A DNA stretch of 64,000 bases from Zygnema circumcarinatum SAG 698-1b. Its lineage: Eukaryota > Plantae > Zygnematophyceae. Position 1 is the first letter of the stretch. Each line of letters begins with the position of its first letter. This document shows, one piece after another, positions 27,108 to 39,657 of the stretch. Under the pieces are notes generated by a model. It saw nothing but the letters and a program-made list of their open reading frames with translations. It was not told where the DNA came from and did no database searches. The stretch spans positions 1,736,001 through 1,800,000 of the forward strand of contig CM074814.1 in assembly GCA_037447605.1 (NCBI GenBank), given 5' to 3'. The translations under genes and the position numbers were made by a program.

Positions 27108-30100
27108 ATGGATGCCAATGGATCACCCCATCGGGGAGGGGCAATTCAGAGGACGGGTTCGGCGCCATGGATGCCGCAACTGAGTTGGAAGTGGAGGTGG
27201 CCCTGGCTGGACAAAGGGAGGAGGGAGGAGGAGAAGAGAGGCGCAAATAGGATGAAGGAAAAAGTTCGGGCTCTGTGCAAACTGCTGAAGGCGGGGAGTC
27301 GCGAGGATCTTGAGGACATTTTAGGGGCAATGGTGCTCTCCGAATGTGTGTACAAGGTGAGAGGTTAGGGTGCAAATAAAGAGATGATGACTTGGCTGTC
27401 CCTCTGGATCGCTTGCCTTAATCTGACTATGGTTTTAGGGTGAACGATGCAGCCTCACGCGGAGCTTATGGAGAAGGTGAACCAGTTCAAAGCCGATTTT
27501 GGAGGGGATCTTGTCCGCCTGGAGACTGTGCAAGTCTCTTTCAGCCATGCTCCGCATCGGTCAGCTCACTGCCTCCTTCCGCGCGAGGCCAGAAGTATAT
27601 GAAGGTGAAGGAGACAATTTGTTAGATCGGAAATCTCCTTTCACCTATAATTAAAAGGACATCTGAAAGTGTAAAAGACCGTCAGGGAAGGCAGAATCAT
27701 CATAAACAGGAAAAGAGTTCAGTTCTTGTCGATTGCAAATCTGAGCAGTCAATTGGTGGGTTGATCATGAAACGGTTATCTGTCAATCTAACAACAGTTA
27801 AAGTCAAAGCGGAAAAGAGAAGATTACTAGACAGTGACCGAAGCCTATACGCAAGCATACAAAGCAATTGCTTCTGAGATTATGACTGAGGATGGCCGTG
27901 GAAAGTGCAAGCGCAAGTGATAAAGTTGCAAAGGATTCATTCAGTCCAAGACTATTTGTTAATCGGAAGTGGGAGATTGACTACAAGGCCCTATTGTAGC
28001 ATGAATTCTAAAGCATGAAGAAGCTACCAAAGGTGCTTTTTGATTGAAGGATACAACTACTATTCATGAACCCTGTGTGACATCTTGAAACAAATTTGGA
28101 ACATGCAGATATGTCCTCGCGCAGGCTGACAAAACTCTTTTCGCCGCATTTATCGGCACGAAGCAATACAGGTGGGTTGGCAAGGTCTCACTGCCCCCGC
28201 ATCCGAGTACTTTTCTATGCCTATTGCAATCCTCCCTCTCATACAGCCTCCTTGTCCATTATGCGTCCGTTAATCGTCTGATAAAATGGCTACTGTACGA
28301 TTACTGAAGATGTGTATAGTATTTATATCTGTAAATATATTCACTGGTTGAAGTTGCCCTCAAATATAACTTACCTGAGTCGTCCGGGTGCTTAAAGTAG
28401 GAGCATGGTTTAGAATTATGAGTGCTTGTTGTGGATGAGATGTCTCCTAACTGCATGCTAGTCAACAGAACTGCTAGAAAGCGAAAAGGCATAAAGGAGC
28501 TTTTCTCTGTTATGCGGGGCTTTCAGCTTTGAAGTATGTGCACTTTACGCGCTCTTTTCTGCAGTAGGTTTCTCTGATTTCCTGTAGTGAGACCCATTGC
28601 AAAGTGGATATTGTCAACGACCTAGGCTGTCTATCATCAGCTTGGGAGGTCTCTGGACGTGTTCAGGCGCTAAGTGAAGCGTGGGAATGCAGGGACTTCA
28701 TAGCAGACGCCAATGTTCTACAGGAACCCATACTTCCTGATGACGAGTCGAATGCATTTGAAACGTCTCTGGCCCTCTCATCATCTCCTGCAACAGACTC
28801 ACCTCCCTCAGCCATTGCAGCAAGCCCACCTGCGATACCAAATAGACGGCAAAGAAGGCCTAAACCAGCAGCACATCGGGTAAGGAACCACATTGTCCAC
28901 CCTGTGTAGAAACCAGTCTCGTAAGCCTGTCTTTTCAGACTATTGGGAACTGTAGTCTTCAGGCTTGTGTACTGCGCTTGCTCTTAGAGGGGCACCCTGT
29001 GCAGTATTTTCTACTATCATAAAGGCTGCCCCAGCTTGTTGTGGCGGGGAGGGAACTAGAGTTGGGCATAGAGAGTCACTCTCTGGCTGCAATGGCGTAA
29101 ACGCCGTTTACATTATGGCGTATACCATGGTTTATATACCATAACGCTTTCTATAGGGTAGTTTCGCCGCATGACATCGCAGAGGCTGTTGCATATGCGG
29201 GAAGGGGAAAAAAGTAAAAAAATGTTGTGTCTTCTGGCTATGAAATGGTCCTCGCCCGCATGAGACGAGTAGCATCTTGTGGTGTTTCCTTTTCCCTAAC
29301 ATTGCTGCGCTGTTGGGGGCTGGCAGGGCTTTCTTGCACGTGCTAGAGGTATTCCAGCTTTAGAGCTGTATCGATTAGCGCAGGAGCAGGATCGGCGACT
29401 AGTTCTTTGTGGGCATTCACTTGGTGGGGCGGTGCGTACTGTCTTCAGCATTCAACCTGTCTCTGATTATATTTGAAACTGTGAAAGGGAGAGTAGTATT
29501 CCGTTTGGCAACTTTTTGGGACCCTTAACAGTGCCGTTAAGGTTCGTAATGACAGCATTGAGTTCATGCTCATCTTGGTTTAGCATGCCGGTTATGGTGT
29601 TGTGTCATGTGCAGGTGGCGGTTTTGACAACTCTCACCATCTTGCGAACCCTGGCAACTCTTACTAGGAAAGGAGAGCAAAAGCAATACCCAGAAGTTAA
29701 ATGCATCACATTTTCACAGCCACCGGTGGGCAATGCTGCTCTCAAAGAGTAAGCACCTCTCAGCCAGTATGCTCGTGAAAGTCTGATCTGCAGTGCTTTT
29801 CTGAGCTGGTCAAGGAGAATAGAAGATTGACGACTTTTGCGGAGGGCTGGACTGGCAGGTATGTTGTTAGCAAAGGATGGCAGCATCATTTTCGCTCATA
29901 CTGCATACCGGAGGATATAATTCCACGCATTCTCTCCCCTGCTTATTTTCATCACTACAGGATGCAGGCGGCAGCCCTGGCAGCTCTTGCCCCTGGAGAC
30001 ACTCTCCTTTTGCCACAAGAGCCTTTAGTAACAGCAAAAAGGGAGATCAAGACTTTTGAAGAAAACAACATGTTGAATGGTAGCACAGAGGGAGGGAAGG

Positions 30101-33100
30101 GAGCGGAACAATCAGCAGCAATGAAGCGCTCTCTATGGCGAGTGCCCAAGTTGGCGCCACTTGTGGAAAGGCAGGATTCCATCTGGTGGTTCAGAAATAG
30201 GCCTGCGGTTGTGTTTCGCCAGAAAAATGAAAATAATGTGGTAGCGATGAACGGAGGACAAGCGGCAGAGAATGGCACGGACATGAGACTAACGAAACCT
30301 GGAGATTCTCAAGACTGTGCAAACACAAGTATTGAGATTGAAAGCATGGATATTCTAGACACAGCAAGAGAAGGTTGGATTGGAACAGTCAATGGCGTTT
30401 TGGGACAGAGTGTGGGAGATAGTTCAGGACAGGTGGGAGGCAGTGAGAGTGCGAATGCCGGCTCTGAACTTAATGTTGCCGGAACTTCTTTGCCAGAAGA
30501 GAAACGGGCACAAGGGCGGCCTTGGCAGAGCCGGCTTGCTGTACTACCATCATATGTGCCTTTTGGGCAGGTATTGTTCCTGGCATGCACATGGAGTCGG
30601 GCTTGTTGTTAAAGGAGCAATTTCATGTGTCTTTGTGTGATTGAGTTGGCTGAATTTATCCACCTATTTGTTAACATAATACAGAGGATAGCGACGTAAA
30701 ACGTTTTGTTGGGCCAGCTCATTTGCTGAAATGTTCAGCTATTGAACTTGGTGAGGAAGGAGGGAGTTATGATGCAGCTTTATCTTCTGGGGTTTAACTC
30801 CGCTGAGCAACTATCATCCTCCGAATTCACCAAGCTGACCACGGTATGTGGCTCACGTTAGCTGCTGGTTAAGTTACAGTCTGCTTGCAATAGAGAGACA
30901 GAAGGTTTTGCGGTAAGGGTACTGCAGCTGGAAAGTGGAGTAGCTGCTGATCGAAGATAAGTTATGGTACAGGTGCGTGGGATGCTCTCAGAACTTCGAA
31001 GCCGTTTCCCCTCCCACACCATGAAGTCTTACCGAGCACGCTTTCACAGGTCAGTTATCCACCACTCTACTGCTGCTGCTGCTCTTTGGTGCTGCTCAAC
31101 TGACAGAAAGCGGCTCAGATGTTTATCACATAGATTAATATAAGATTTTTCGTCGTTCTCAATATTCACTCTGAAGAGACAGCAGTTTGAAGCATACTGA
31201 ACTTCCGTCGGAAGATTTTGTTAACTGTCGATGGAGCTTCAGAGCACCCCATTATAGCATCGATGCGTAACTTAAGCTGACATGACATACGTGCCCTTAA
31301 TCTGGGGTCTGCCAGCATATACGGCCACTGCATGACGGAAGGTATCCCCTTCCCTGCAGCAGTGTTGGAGCAGCTCCCACATCTCCATGATTGGATGGCC
31401 CGTCGTCCTGTCTACGTTGCCTCTATCTCTCCCCCACCTGCCATACATACCGCCACTACCGTAGTCCCTCTCGGTTGGACCGGCATGCCCGGGGAAGGGA
31501 ATTCGTCAGCTCTCCGAGTGGATGTTCAAGGAGTCGGTTTGCACCGCTGTTCCAAGGCTCGAGCATGCATAAATGGGCACTGGTAGGTCTTTGTTTTCGA
31601 TTCTACGTTGCACTCGGAAATTCGCAGCCTTCCCTTCTTCATTCTGAAGAAGGGACGAGCTTTCTGACTGCAGGTTTCCAGCAATTATTGAGCAAGCGGC
31701 TCTGCCCCCACCAGAGGAGCAACCAACTGGGAAAGAACCGTCATTGCAGAGCATGCGTCTCAAAGTTCTTCCTCGCAAGGCTTGGCCCCGGCCTGCTTCA
31801 CCCCCTGATGTTGTTGCTGCCACGTCATCATTGAGTGCAGCAGCGATAACCAGCAACTCCTTAAGCAAAGAATCTTCTGCTGCCACTCAGATTACAACTG
31901 TCGGGAGAGCTGCAAGTGTTCCTGGGCAAGGTTTCACGTCTGGGATTGTAGGGCAACTTCGAGACGGTGGAGGAGTGGACACTGAAGAGAGATGCTATAC
32001 AGAGGCCATTGATAGGGGAAAGGGCCAAGTTTTAAGATGGCCAATGCTAAGATTTTGGCCTTGGAAGGAGCCTTCCGCAGTGGGATCTACTTCTGGGTTT
32101 GGGGCATTCATGGCATCATCGGGGATGGCATCGTTAGGAGACGAGGTGGTGGGAGAAGTGGTTATTGAGTGCAGTACTGATTTTGACTTCGCTGTAAAAC
32201 ACGTGTCTATGCGCTTGAGACGAGTACGGATGGTTGGATTAGAGGTGGAAACCTCCTCCCACCTTTATAAATTCCCTTTTAGACTGAACTTAAGGAAGAT
32301 TTGGAGGCTGGCTGCTAAGCTTATGTTTCTACTGTGCTCAGACATTCTGCTTGCTGTTTCGCTTGTTTAAAAAAAAAAAAATCACACACACACACATCAC
32401 AGGTTCACAGGTTGCATGCTGCTGAGTAGTACGAAGTTACAGTTCAAGCCCTACCCTAGGCAATTCACAGCCGTGGCTAGGCTCTTAACGTACGGTAATT
32501 GTTTGAAATGGGACAGGGTGCTGGCAAGTCATCTCTGTACTATGCTCTTCTCGGAGATGAAGGTGACACAGTGTCGAGCGGCTGGCATGGGGGCATACTG
32601 CCAGATAATGAGTGGCGAGAAGGGGTGGTGGCAGGAGTTGGGTATATGGATGGCTCAGGAGTGAGCTTACAGGTGAGAAAAAATTGTATCGGCATCTTTT
32701 TCCTTTTTCACATGGAGTCATTGGTGGTACCAAAAATACTCTCTCCAAGGCCCGTTAACTGTGTTAACTGTGAAGGAGAGCAATCTGTTTGCATAGGAAT
32801 TAGTCAATTTTCTTGTTCGTTGTGATGTGTTCTCATTCCTATGCTACTGTTCTCGTTTGCATTGCAGCAGAATTTGGAAGCAGAGCTCGATCAGTTCCGC
32901 CAGGAGCTAAGTCCTTTTGCCGGACCGTTGGGCCAACGGATCGACCTTGTGCTTTTGGTCCACAACTTGGCACACAAAATCCCAAGACTTCGAAAGCTTC
33001 AGCAACCTCCTGCTCGCCCTGCATCATCTCTACGAGCAAAGGGTCTTTCTTCTTTCCTTCGAGTCTCCAGTTCTCTATTTCGGGCTCTCCCATTGGCTTC

Positions 33101-34061
33101 AATGTCGCGCCAAGCATTGGATCATGTCCAAGAAAACGGAGCTTCAGAAAGTCACCAAATGGTGCAATTGGGGAGTGGTGGGTCTGCTGAGGCAGGTGTA
33201 ACATTACCCTCTTTGCCCTCTCTGGATATAGTGTCTGTTCCTGCCCTCGCCCCCTTCTTGCGTGAGGCAGAGGCTGCAGGTGTACCTGTGCTCTTAGCTC
33301 TCACCAACAAATTTGCAACGAGTGCGGATAGACGCCATCTTGCAGCAGCTGTAGCCATGGAAGTGTATGGTGTCCCTGCCGAACACACCGCAGTTGTGAA
33401 TTCTCAGCCATACAGTGTGTATGGAAGCGGAACACTGACGTCAGAGGAGATTGTGAAGGCAGTGGAGTTAGCGAGGGCTGCAGAGGCAGCAGGTTCGGAG
33501 AAAGCAGGTGGAGGAAGCATGCCGAGGCTCGTGTTTGAGTTTATGCAAAGGCCGTTCAAGAGGAGGGAGGCTGTCCTTCCAGTAGAAGGGGTGAAGGAAT
33601 TGCGAACACTGATTCATAACACGTTGCAAAACAAGGAGGAAGCAGCACTGAAGGTGACAAAACATCAATTTCCTTCTTTGTTTCGCCCTCCCGTTGCCTT
33701 ATTCCAGTATTTGAGGTTCACATGCGTTGATGGTTTCTTTTTCCTTAGTTCCTTTTCGAGGCACAACCTGTCACAAGGCCTCCTGCATGGAATGGCGTAC
33801 AGGACTTCTTTCCTCTCTCTCACTCTCTTTCTGTTTTCTCTTCATTTTTTTGCCGTTGTGCAGGCTGTAGCGGAAGCTGCGATGACCCGGGAAAGGGCTC
33901 TGAAAGCCATTAAAATTGCTGAAATGAAGAAGCAAAACTTTAGCAGAGATGCGCAGCCTCAGAATGTGGCAGCAGTTGCCGCCATCGGCGCTGCCCTTGG
34001 CACTTCTTTCGGAATCATCGTCGCCGTCCTTACTGCAATTTCAAGGAGTGGAAGGCCATGA
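27108..34061 (+). CDS. Class 3 lipase family protein with C-terminal P-loop-like region (At3g07400-like), multi-exon
   Basis: WKWRWPW..DLEDILGAMVLSECVYK, LVLCGHSLGGA|VAVL nucleophile elbow, KCITFSQPPVGNAALKE, SYCIPEDIIPRILSPAYFHHY, IDLVLLVHNLAHKIP; divergent from ValRS with ~580 bp between starts. Confidence 0.85.
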
Positions 34062-35347
34062 AATATATTCCCTGGCAACGATTTTGAGATTTCAGACAGA
34101 AGATCGAATGTGGAGGTATGCTGTTCTGGACTGCTGCGGACTTGTCTGAGCTGTGGTTGTAGCCTTCCGTGGAAAAGGAAGATGTATCTTATAAGTACCA
34201 GTCAATAAATGTACATAGTTTTTTTGTCAAGTTTGAACCTTTTTTAGCTTTGATTGTTCGATGAAATAGAAAATCAGTCTCGTTCGCGTCTTCGGCAGTC
34301 CTCTTCCACCAGGAGTAGAGGGCCCTTGCAGCATTGTGCTTGGCTCCTCGCCCTATTGGTAGGGTTCCCAAAGCAGATCGATAGAATAAATTTCAGTTGT
34401 GAGGAGGGAAGGGTCGGAAAGTAGAAATGAAATAGTAGAGAATAGCTACAGCGGTCAATTCAGTCGCAGAGTCAGAGGGGGGCTGGCTTTACATGGGAAG
34501 GGATGTAGTCAGTTCAGCTGCTGCTGCACACGCGTTGTACGTGAATACAGTTATACAACGAAAGGCTCCTCGATGGTGAGGTCATTCATTTTTTTTTTTT
34601 TCTGATTTGGAGTTTGGTTTGAACATCACAGTTTGAAGATCCAGTCATCATACAGAGTTCAATGCAGGAGAAGGAGTCATTGCATGCGAGAATACAACGC
34701 ATCCATGGTGTTACTGGATATAGTAAGTGCTTAAAAATGCCACGAAGAACCCCAGAAATGGTGAGAGTACATGGTCAAGAAAAAAAAAAGGGTATGCTTC
34801 GACAATATTTATGCAGACTGACGACCACCTTTGCAGCATGTCAGCCTCAACACAAGCCCTCAGAGGGTTCTTAGGCAAATACAAGTTGCTCAACTGAACT
34901 GCAGTAAAATGTCTACCTCTACTTCCCTGAACGATGAAATATGCTTCACTAAATCCTTCACATCATGCGCCATTGCGTCCTTCAGTCCTTTAGTTGACTT
35001 TGCGGTCTTGCTTTAACCCGTAAAGCGTCGGCAAAAGCTTCAATTTCGACGAGCATCTGCAGTGCTGATCTCAAATCGAAACCAATTTTGCTTAATGGTG
35101 CTCCTGCAGCCAAAACATGTGAAACCTTCAGAAGTTGGTTTAAGCAATACGGCCAAATGCCAAAGGCTTGTCTAGTTGACCCATTTACCTGATGGCGCCA
35201 AGAAACAGGCAAGAAACGCTTCACAGGAAAATGCCCCCAGCTGCGGCGGCATGGTACAAGAAATACTACATCCTACATGACTAAAGGTGGAGGCTACAGA
35301 AAACAACCCTCCGCCAAGGAACACAGGCACTCTCTGTTTAACTTCCC

Positions 35348-36643
35348 TTAAAGTCCATGAGAAGTAGAAATCCAATAGTCTCTTTTCGCAAAGAAATGAA
35401 ACCAGCCAAGCAAAGGAGAGACTAAGCAGCGTGGGACTCCTCTTACTTCGCCATGTTCTTCATGTGCTTCATCTCCATGACCATGACCATGGCCATGACC
35501 TTCCCACGGGTGACGCCACCCCTGTGGAACCAACATGGCCGGTTCACCTGAAGTTAGTAAGATCACTTGAGGAAAAAGACATCCACTTCGCAAAATAGCA
35601 AGGGTCTGTAAGACCCCTATTAGCACAAGTCGGTCCCAGAAAGTCACTTCCGCCAGGTGCAGTTAACGGCTGTTGGTTCTGCAAATGCATTTACTTCAAA
35701 CAGCCGACGATAGAAACCTGCCCGACAACTGGTGAAAGAACGGTTCTATTCATCGCAGAAACAAATAACGCGCCCAAACAACGAAGCGGAAATCCCCATA
35801 AGTGCCTAAAATTCTTAATCAATGGCATTCTGAAGTATGGTCTGAATAAAACTCAAGGATGTGTTGGGACCTGCACTGCATAACTTTAAAACACACGTTT
35901 CTTCGTAGACGTAGCTTACCATGAGAACTGGACCATCCTCCTTTGCCCGGTAAAGAATCCAAAACCTGCAAACTGCTAAACAATCAGTCCCGTTTCGTGG
36001 AGGTGATGAAGGGTGATAGGCAGCAATCCAATACATACTCGTAAGCTATCAGTCTCAGACAGCAGAGGAATCTGCTACAAATATAAGTCATGGAAGGACT
36101 CGGTCACACTTGCGAGCATTATTGTGGTAGACATTGTGTGCAGACATAGAATATCTAAACGCATACGCGCACATCTGCTCTGCAGCCTCATGTGAATCTC
36201 TAACCCTAAAACCGGAAAAAAAAAAATGGAGGCGAATGTCCGGTTTCTCTCCTCTCTCTCTCCCTCCCTCTCTTCCTCCTCCTCCAACTTCCCAGTCACA
36301 GCTGATTTTGGCGTACCACAATTGGCGTACAAAAGAATCTTTGCTAAAGGTGTAATCAACGAATATTAGGATTGCAGGTTCACACTCCAGAAGTGGAACC
36401 CATACCTAAAATGTCCTCAAAACTTGTGATCATTCGAAAATCTACATCTGCCTATCATGAAAAAGGCTATCGCTTTCACCCTGATAATAAAAAGGAGGGT
36501 CGTATGTACCAAGAAAGAGGGAAGCCTCACCACATGATGGAGGCCATGCCGGTGCCCCACATGCGGTGCCATCTCTTGGGCGGATGCAGGGTTAGGCCTT
36601 CGTATGTGATCCCGTGCCCGTTGCCTCCGTGCCCACCCGCCAT
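35348..36643 (-). CDS. NDUFB2: NADH dehydrogenase (complex I) subunit NDUFB2/AGGG, plant type; 3' end uncertain
   Basis: Exons 36643-36531, 35965-35920 and from 35521 give MAGGHGGNGHGITYEGLTLHPPKRWHRMWGTGMASIMW-FWILYRAKEDGPVLM-GWRHPWEGHGHGH, matching the plant subunit. Confidence 0.9.
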
Positions 36644-36880
36644 GGCTGCCCCCCTGCGCTCGCCTGCTGCGCGATGGAAAAGCAGAAATTTCTCACTTCC
36701 TCTTCCTGCCACTGCTCTGAGGGGTCTTCGCTTCAGCTCTGTGCGACGACTTGCGACATAATGCGACGGTTTATATAGGGTAATATTGTCGCATGGAGTC
36801 GCATGTTGTCGCAGAGGCTGTTGCTCCGCGTGAGGGATGGAGTGCGCCCAGAGCAGAGTCGCTTGCTGGAGGTGGAAGGA

Positions 36881-38447
36881 ATGGCGTCGGAGGTGAATAA
36901 GGAGGTGAGTGGAATGAGCTTCTTCTTCAAGAAGCTTCTTCTTCTATCTTGTAATTGAAATGATTTTCCTTGGAATCCACGGATGTTGCAAGCATGCTTA
37001 TGTTGTATTGGAGCTTCAGGATTCGAAAAGGTGTGCAAGCAGATGGCTTGCTGAAGGGCCCTTTCCACGTGCTGAGGTGAAGCAGGGATGCTTTCCAGGC
37101 CTTCGTGGAGCTGCAAGGTCGGCTTCTCACTACCGACAGGCAGCTGAAGCAGGTGATAATTCGTATCAATTGACTTTCTATGCATATAATTTGAGCATAT
37201 CTCCATCTAGGCATGCATCGAGGCTTCTTAAGATTAAACTGTATGAATAGGAATCGGTCCAATGTATTACGATCATTCATAAATTGTTTGCACTCTTGTT
37301 CTCTGCTTTTGAATGAAATACTGTTCGTTTATTTGGCCTGAACTTAATTGTAGCGAGACTATAGGATTCTCGGAGCCTGCTGCGAGCATCGGTCGTGACG
37401 TGTCGTTGCGTCATTTGTGTCAATGGAGTAGGTTGTCGCACAAACGAGGTTTCATGAGGCAGAAAGAAAGCGGGCGTTCCTGACGTTACAGGAGCTTCAA
37501 GAACTTCCTGAAAACACAAAAACGTACAGAGCTGTAGGTGAGGTCCCGTTTCTTTGGAACTTACAGAACAAGCTGATGTGAGAATAAGCTGATCATTCTT
37601 TTGCATTAGCTCGCGCATTGTACAGAAGTGTATGTGCTTTGCATTCTACAAAGCAGAAACTCACGGCAGTAGGAACCGTTTTGTTGGCCGGCCTTTCACG
37701 CTGCATACGTTGGAGTTCTATTGAGGTATTTCATGCAGGGGATACTCTTGGTCTGCAGACCAGCGGGGGAAAGGCCGGCCGCCCAAGAAACGACGATCTT
37801 TCTTTTTGTAATGCTTACCTTGTTGCCAGCTAATGTATTTGCGCCCCGTTCTGATTGAATGTATTGGCATGGTCGTGTTGCCGTGTTGTGCAGGCAAAGC
37901 GTAAGTTCGTCATCGCACAAGAGTACCTTGAATTAGCTGGTTTTGGAGAGGAGCTTGGAGGCTTTGTCGGGCTCAGTAGGAGTCCCTAATTACTCTGCTT
38001 CTTTTGATTCACCTAAACATGCAGTGGAGAAGGCGCATCTTTTCCCTACAATGATTTAGGAGGAACAATGTTTTACAGATAATCGTTTTGGAACACTTTG
38101 CAGGTTTGTGCTCCAATCGATTGATGATTTGCGCAAGGAGTTAGAAGAAAAGGCAGAGGAATCCACGAAATCCTTAACTGGTTTGCAGGTGAGTTGAATC
38201 CGAGAAACTATCTGTCACTCATTTTAAGTTACGTTGCTGATGGCTTTTACGAGACAGTATCCATGTCAAACTCATCGTGGATCCATTGAGAAGATAGTGT
38301 TGAATCGATCGTGTTCGCGGTTGAGCTCTGCAGGTCCGGAAGGAGCACTTGGAGAGGCTAATGAAGGACGTCGAGACCAATTTCAAGGAGCTTATTGAAC
38401 AGTCACCTGCTTTGATTCAGCAAGTGGCAAGGAAAGCCATGGCTTGA
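36881..38447 (+). CDS. PFD1: Prefoldin subunit 1, six exons including a 7-nt microexon (37894-37900)
   Basis: MASEVNKE|AFVELQGRLLTTDRQLKQ|VVAQTRFHEAERKRAFLTLQELQELPENTKTYRAVG|KA|FVLQ..LQ|VRKEHLERLMKDVETNFKELIEQSP; all GT-AG junctions. Confidence 0.9.
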
Positions 38448-39002
38448 GTAGATTTGTGTGAGTCAAGAGATGCAAGAACAAGAGCCTCTTTCATAGAGGA
38501 GCTGCTAGGCCGCCTTTTGTAGCACTTCCATTTGCTCATGATAGACAAAGATAGTACCGAAACTTCAGGTGATTCATTGTAGTCAGATTCTAACAAGGGG
38601 AATCAGAAGGAAGAGAAAGCGAAGGTGGGAATGACCGAGAGGTATTTTCGGTCGATTTAAAGTTAGAGCAAAAACATCCTTACAACTCCCCTGGAGGCTT
38701 TCACGGCAAGTAAGCGAATGGTCTGTAGTACGCAGAAGGAAGAAATGATGCGGAAGGCTCTCTCGGGGCTATCTGACCCGCCTTATAGATGCGAAGTGTG
38801 TCTTCGTACAAGTGGTTTGCATGAAGAAACTAAGAAAATGCTCTCTGTGTGCTCGAACAGGGAGACGAAGTACGTCGTCAGTGTAGGCAGCGAAGTATTT
38901 GAGGGGTTTGAGAAGGTTCGGACTCACTCCATGCAAACCGTGGCGGCGTAAACGCTCTTCGTCTCCTTCGCCGAGAGTCGCTTCGTGTCATTCCATGCGC
39001 AG

Positions 39003-39455
39003 TCGAGGGATGCAGACCTCGCGTGGACCCCCCCCCCCTCTCTCCCCTTAAGGGTTTCGCCCTCTCGGTGCATGCCAAGGCGTCACAGAGCGAAGTGCTT
39101 CAAAAGATGGTGGTGCTTGCTTTTGGTGGTCTCTTCTCTTTTTTTCCTTGCTCGTTTCGTTTTTCATCGCTCGACAACATCATGTTTGGAAAGGGCTAGC
39201 AATAGATAAACATGTGCTTGTACATGAAGGTCTTTTTTTGGGTTTTAAAATACCAAAAAAAAAACAAACGTCCATGTTGCTGGCCTATCCGAACACCGCA
39301 GAGCGATGAAGGTGGAAGCGAACAAGAAAAAACAAGAGTAGACTGCCAAAAGTAAGCACCACCATCCTCTGAAACACTCCGTTTTTCAGCCTCTTGGCAT
39401 GCACTGAGAGGGCGCTAGAGAGAGGGTAAAAAGGGCGGGTATTCCACGCCATGTC
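39003..39455. repeat. Diverged inverted duplication (~170-bp arms) between PFD1 and AAED1
   Basis: + arm AGGGATGCAGACCTCGCGTGGA..CGCCCTCTCGGTGCATGCCAAG..GATGGTGGTGCTTGCTTTTGG..TTCATCGCTC matches the reverse complement of ~39297-39455. Confidence 0.75.
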
Positions 39456-39657
39456 CGCAGCCCTAGCTCTCTCACACAGAGAGCGAGACAGAGAGCGAGA
39501 GAGAGAAGACTCTATTGCGGAAATGCGGTTGGCTTTCCAATGGCAACTCGCCACGTAAGCAATTCATACACGTGCCTACTTTCATTGGTCGACTTCAGTT
39601 CGCTTTCGTGAGAAGGGCTCGCATTCCTCCTCGAGTCAGGGTGCTTTCTCCTCCGGC

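Noticed and set aside
36642-36761. + strand ORF sharing the CCATGG with the NDUFB2 start
   Set aside because: Chance product of the palindromic CCATGG; the real + strand gene (PFD1) starts at 36881
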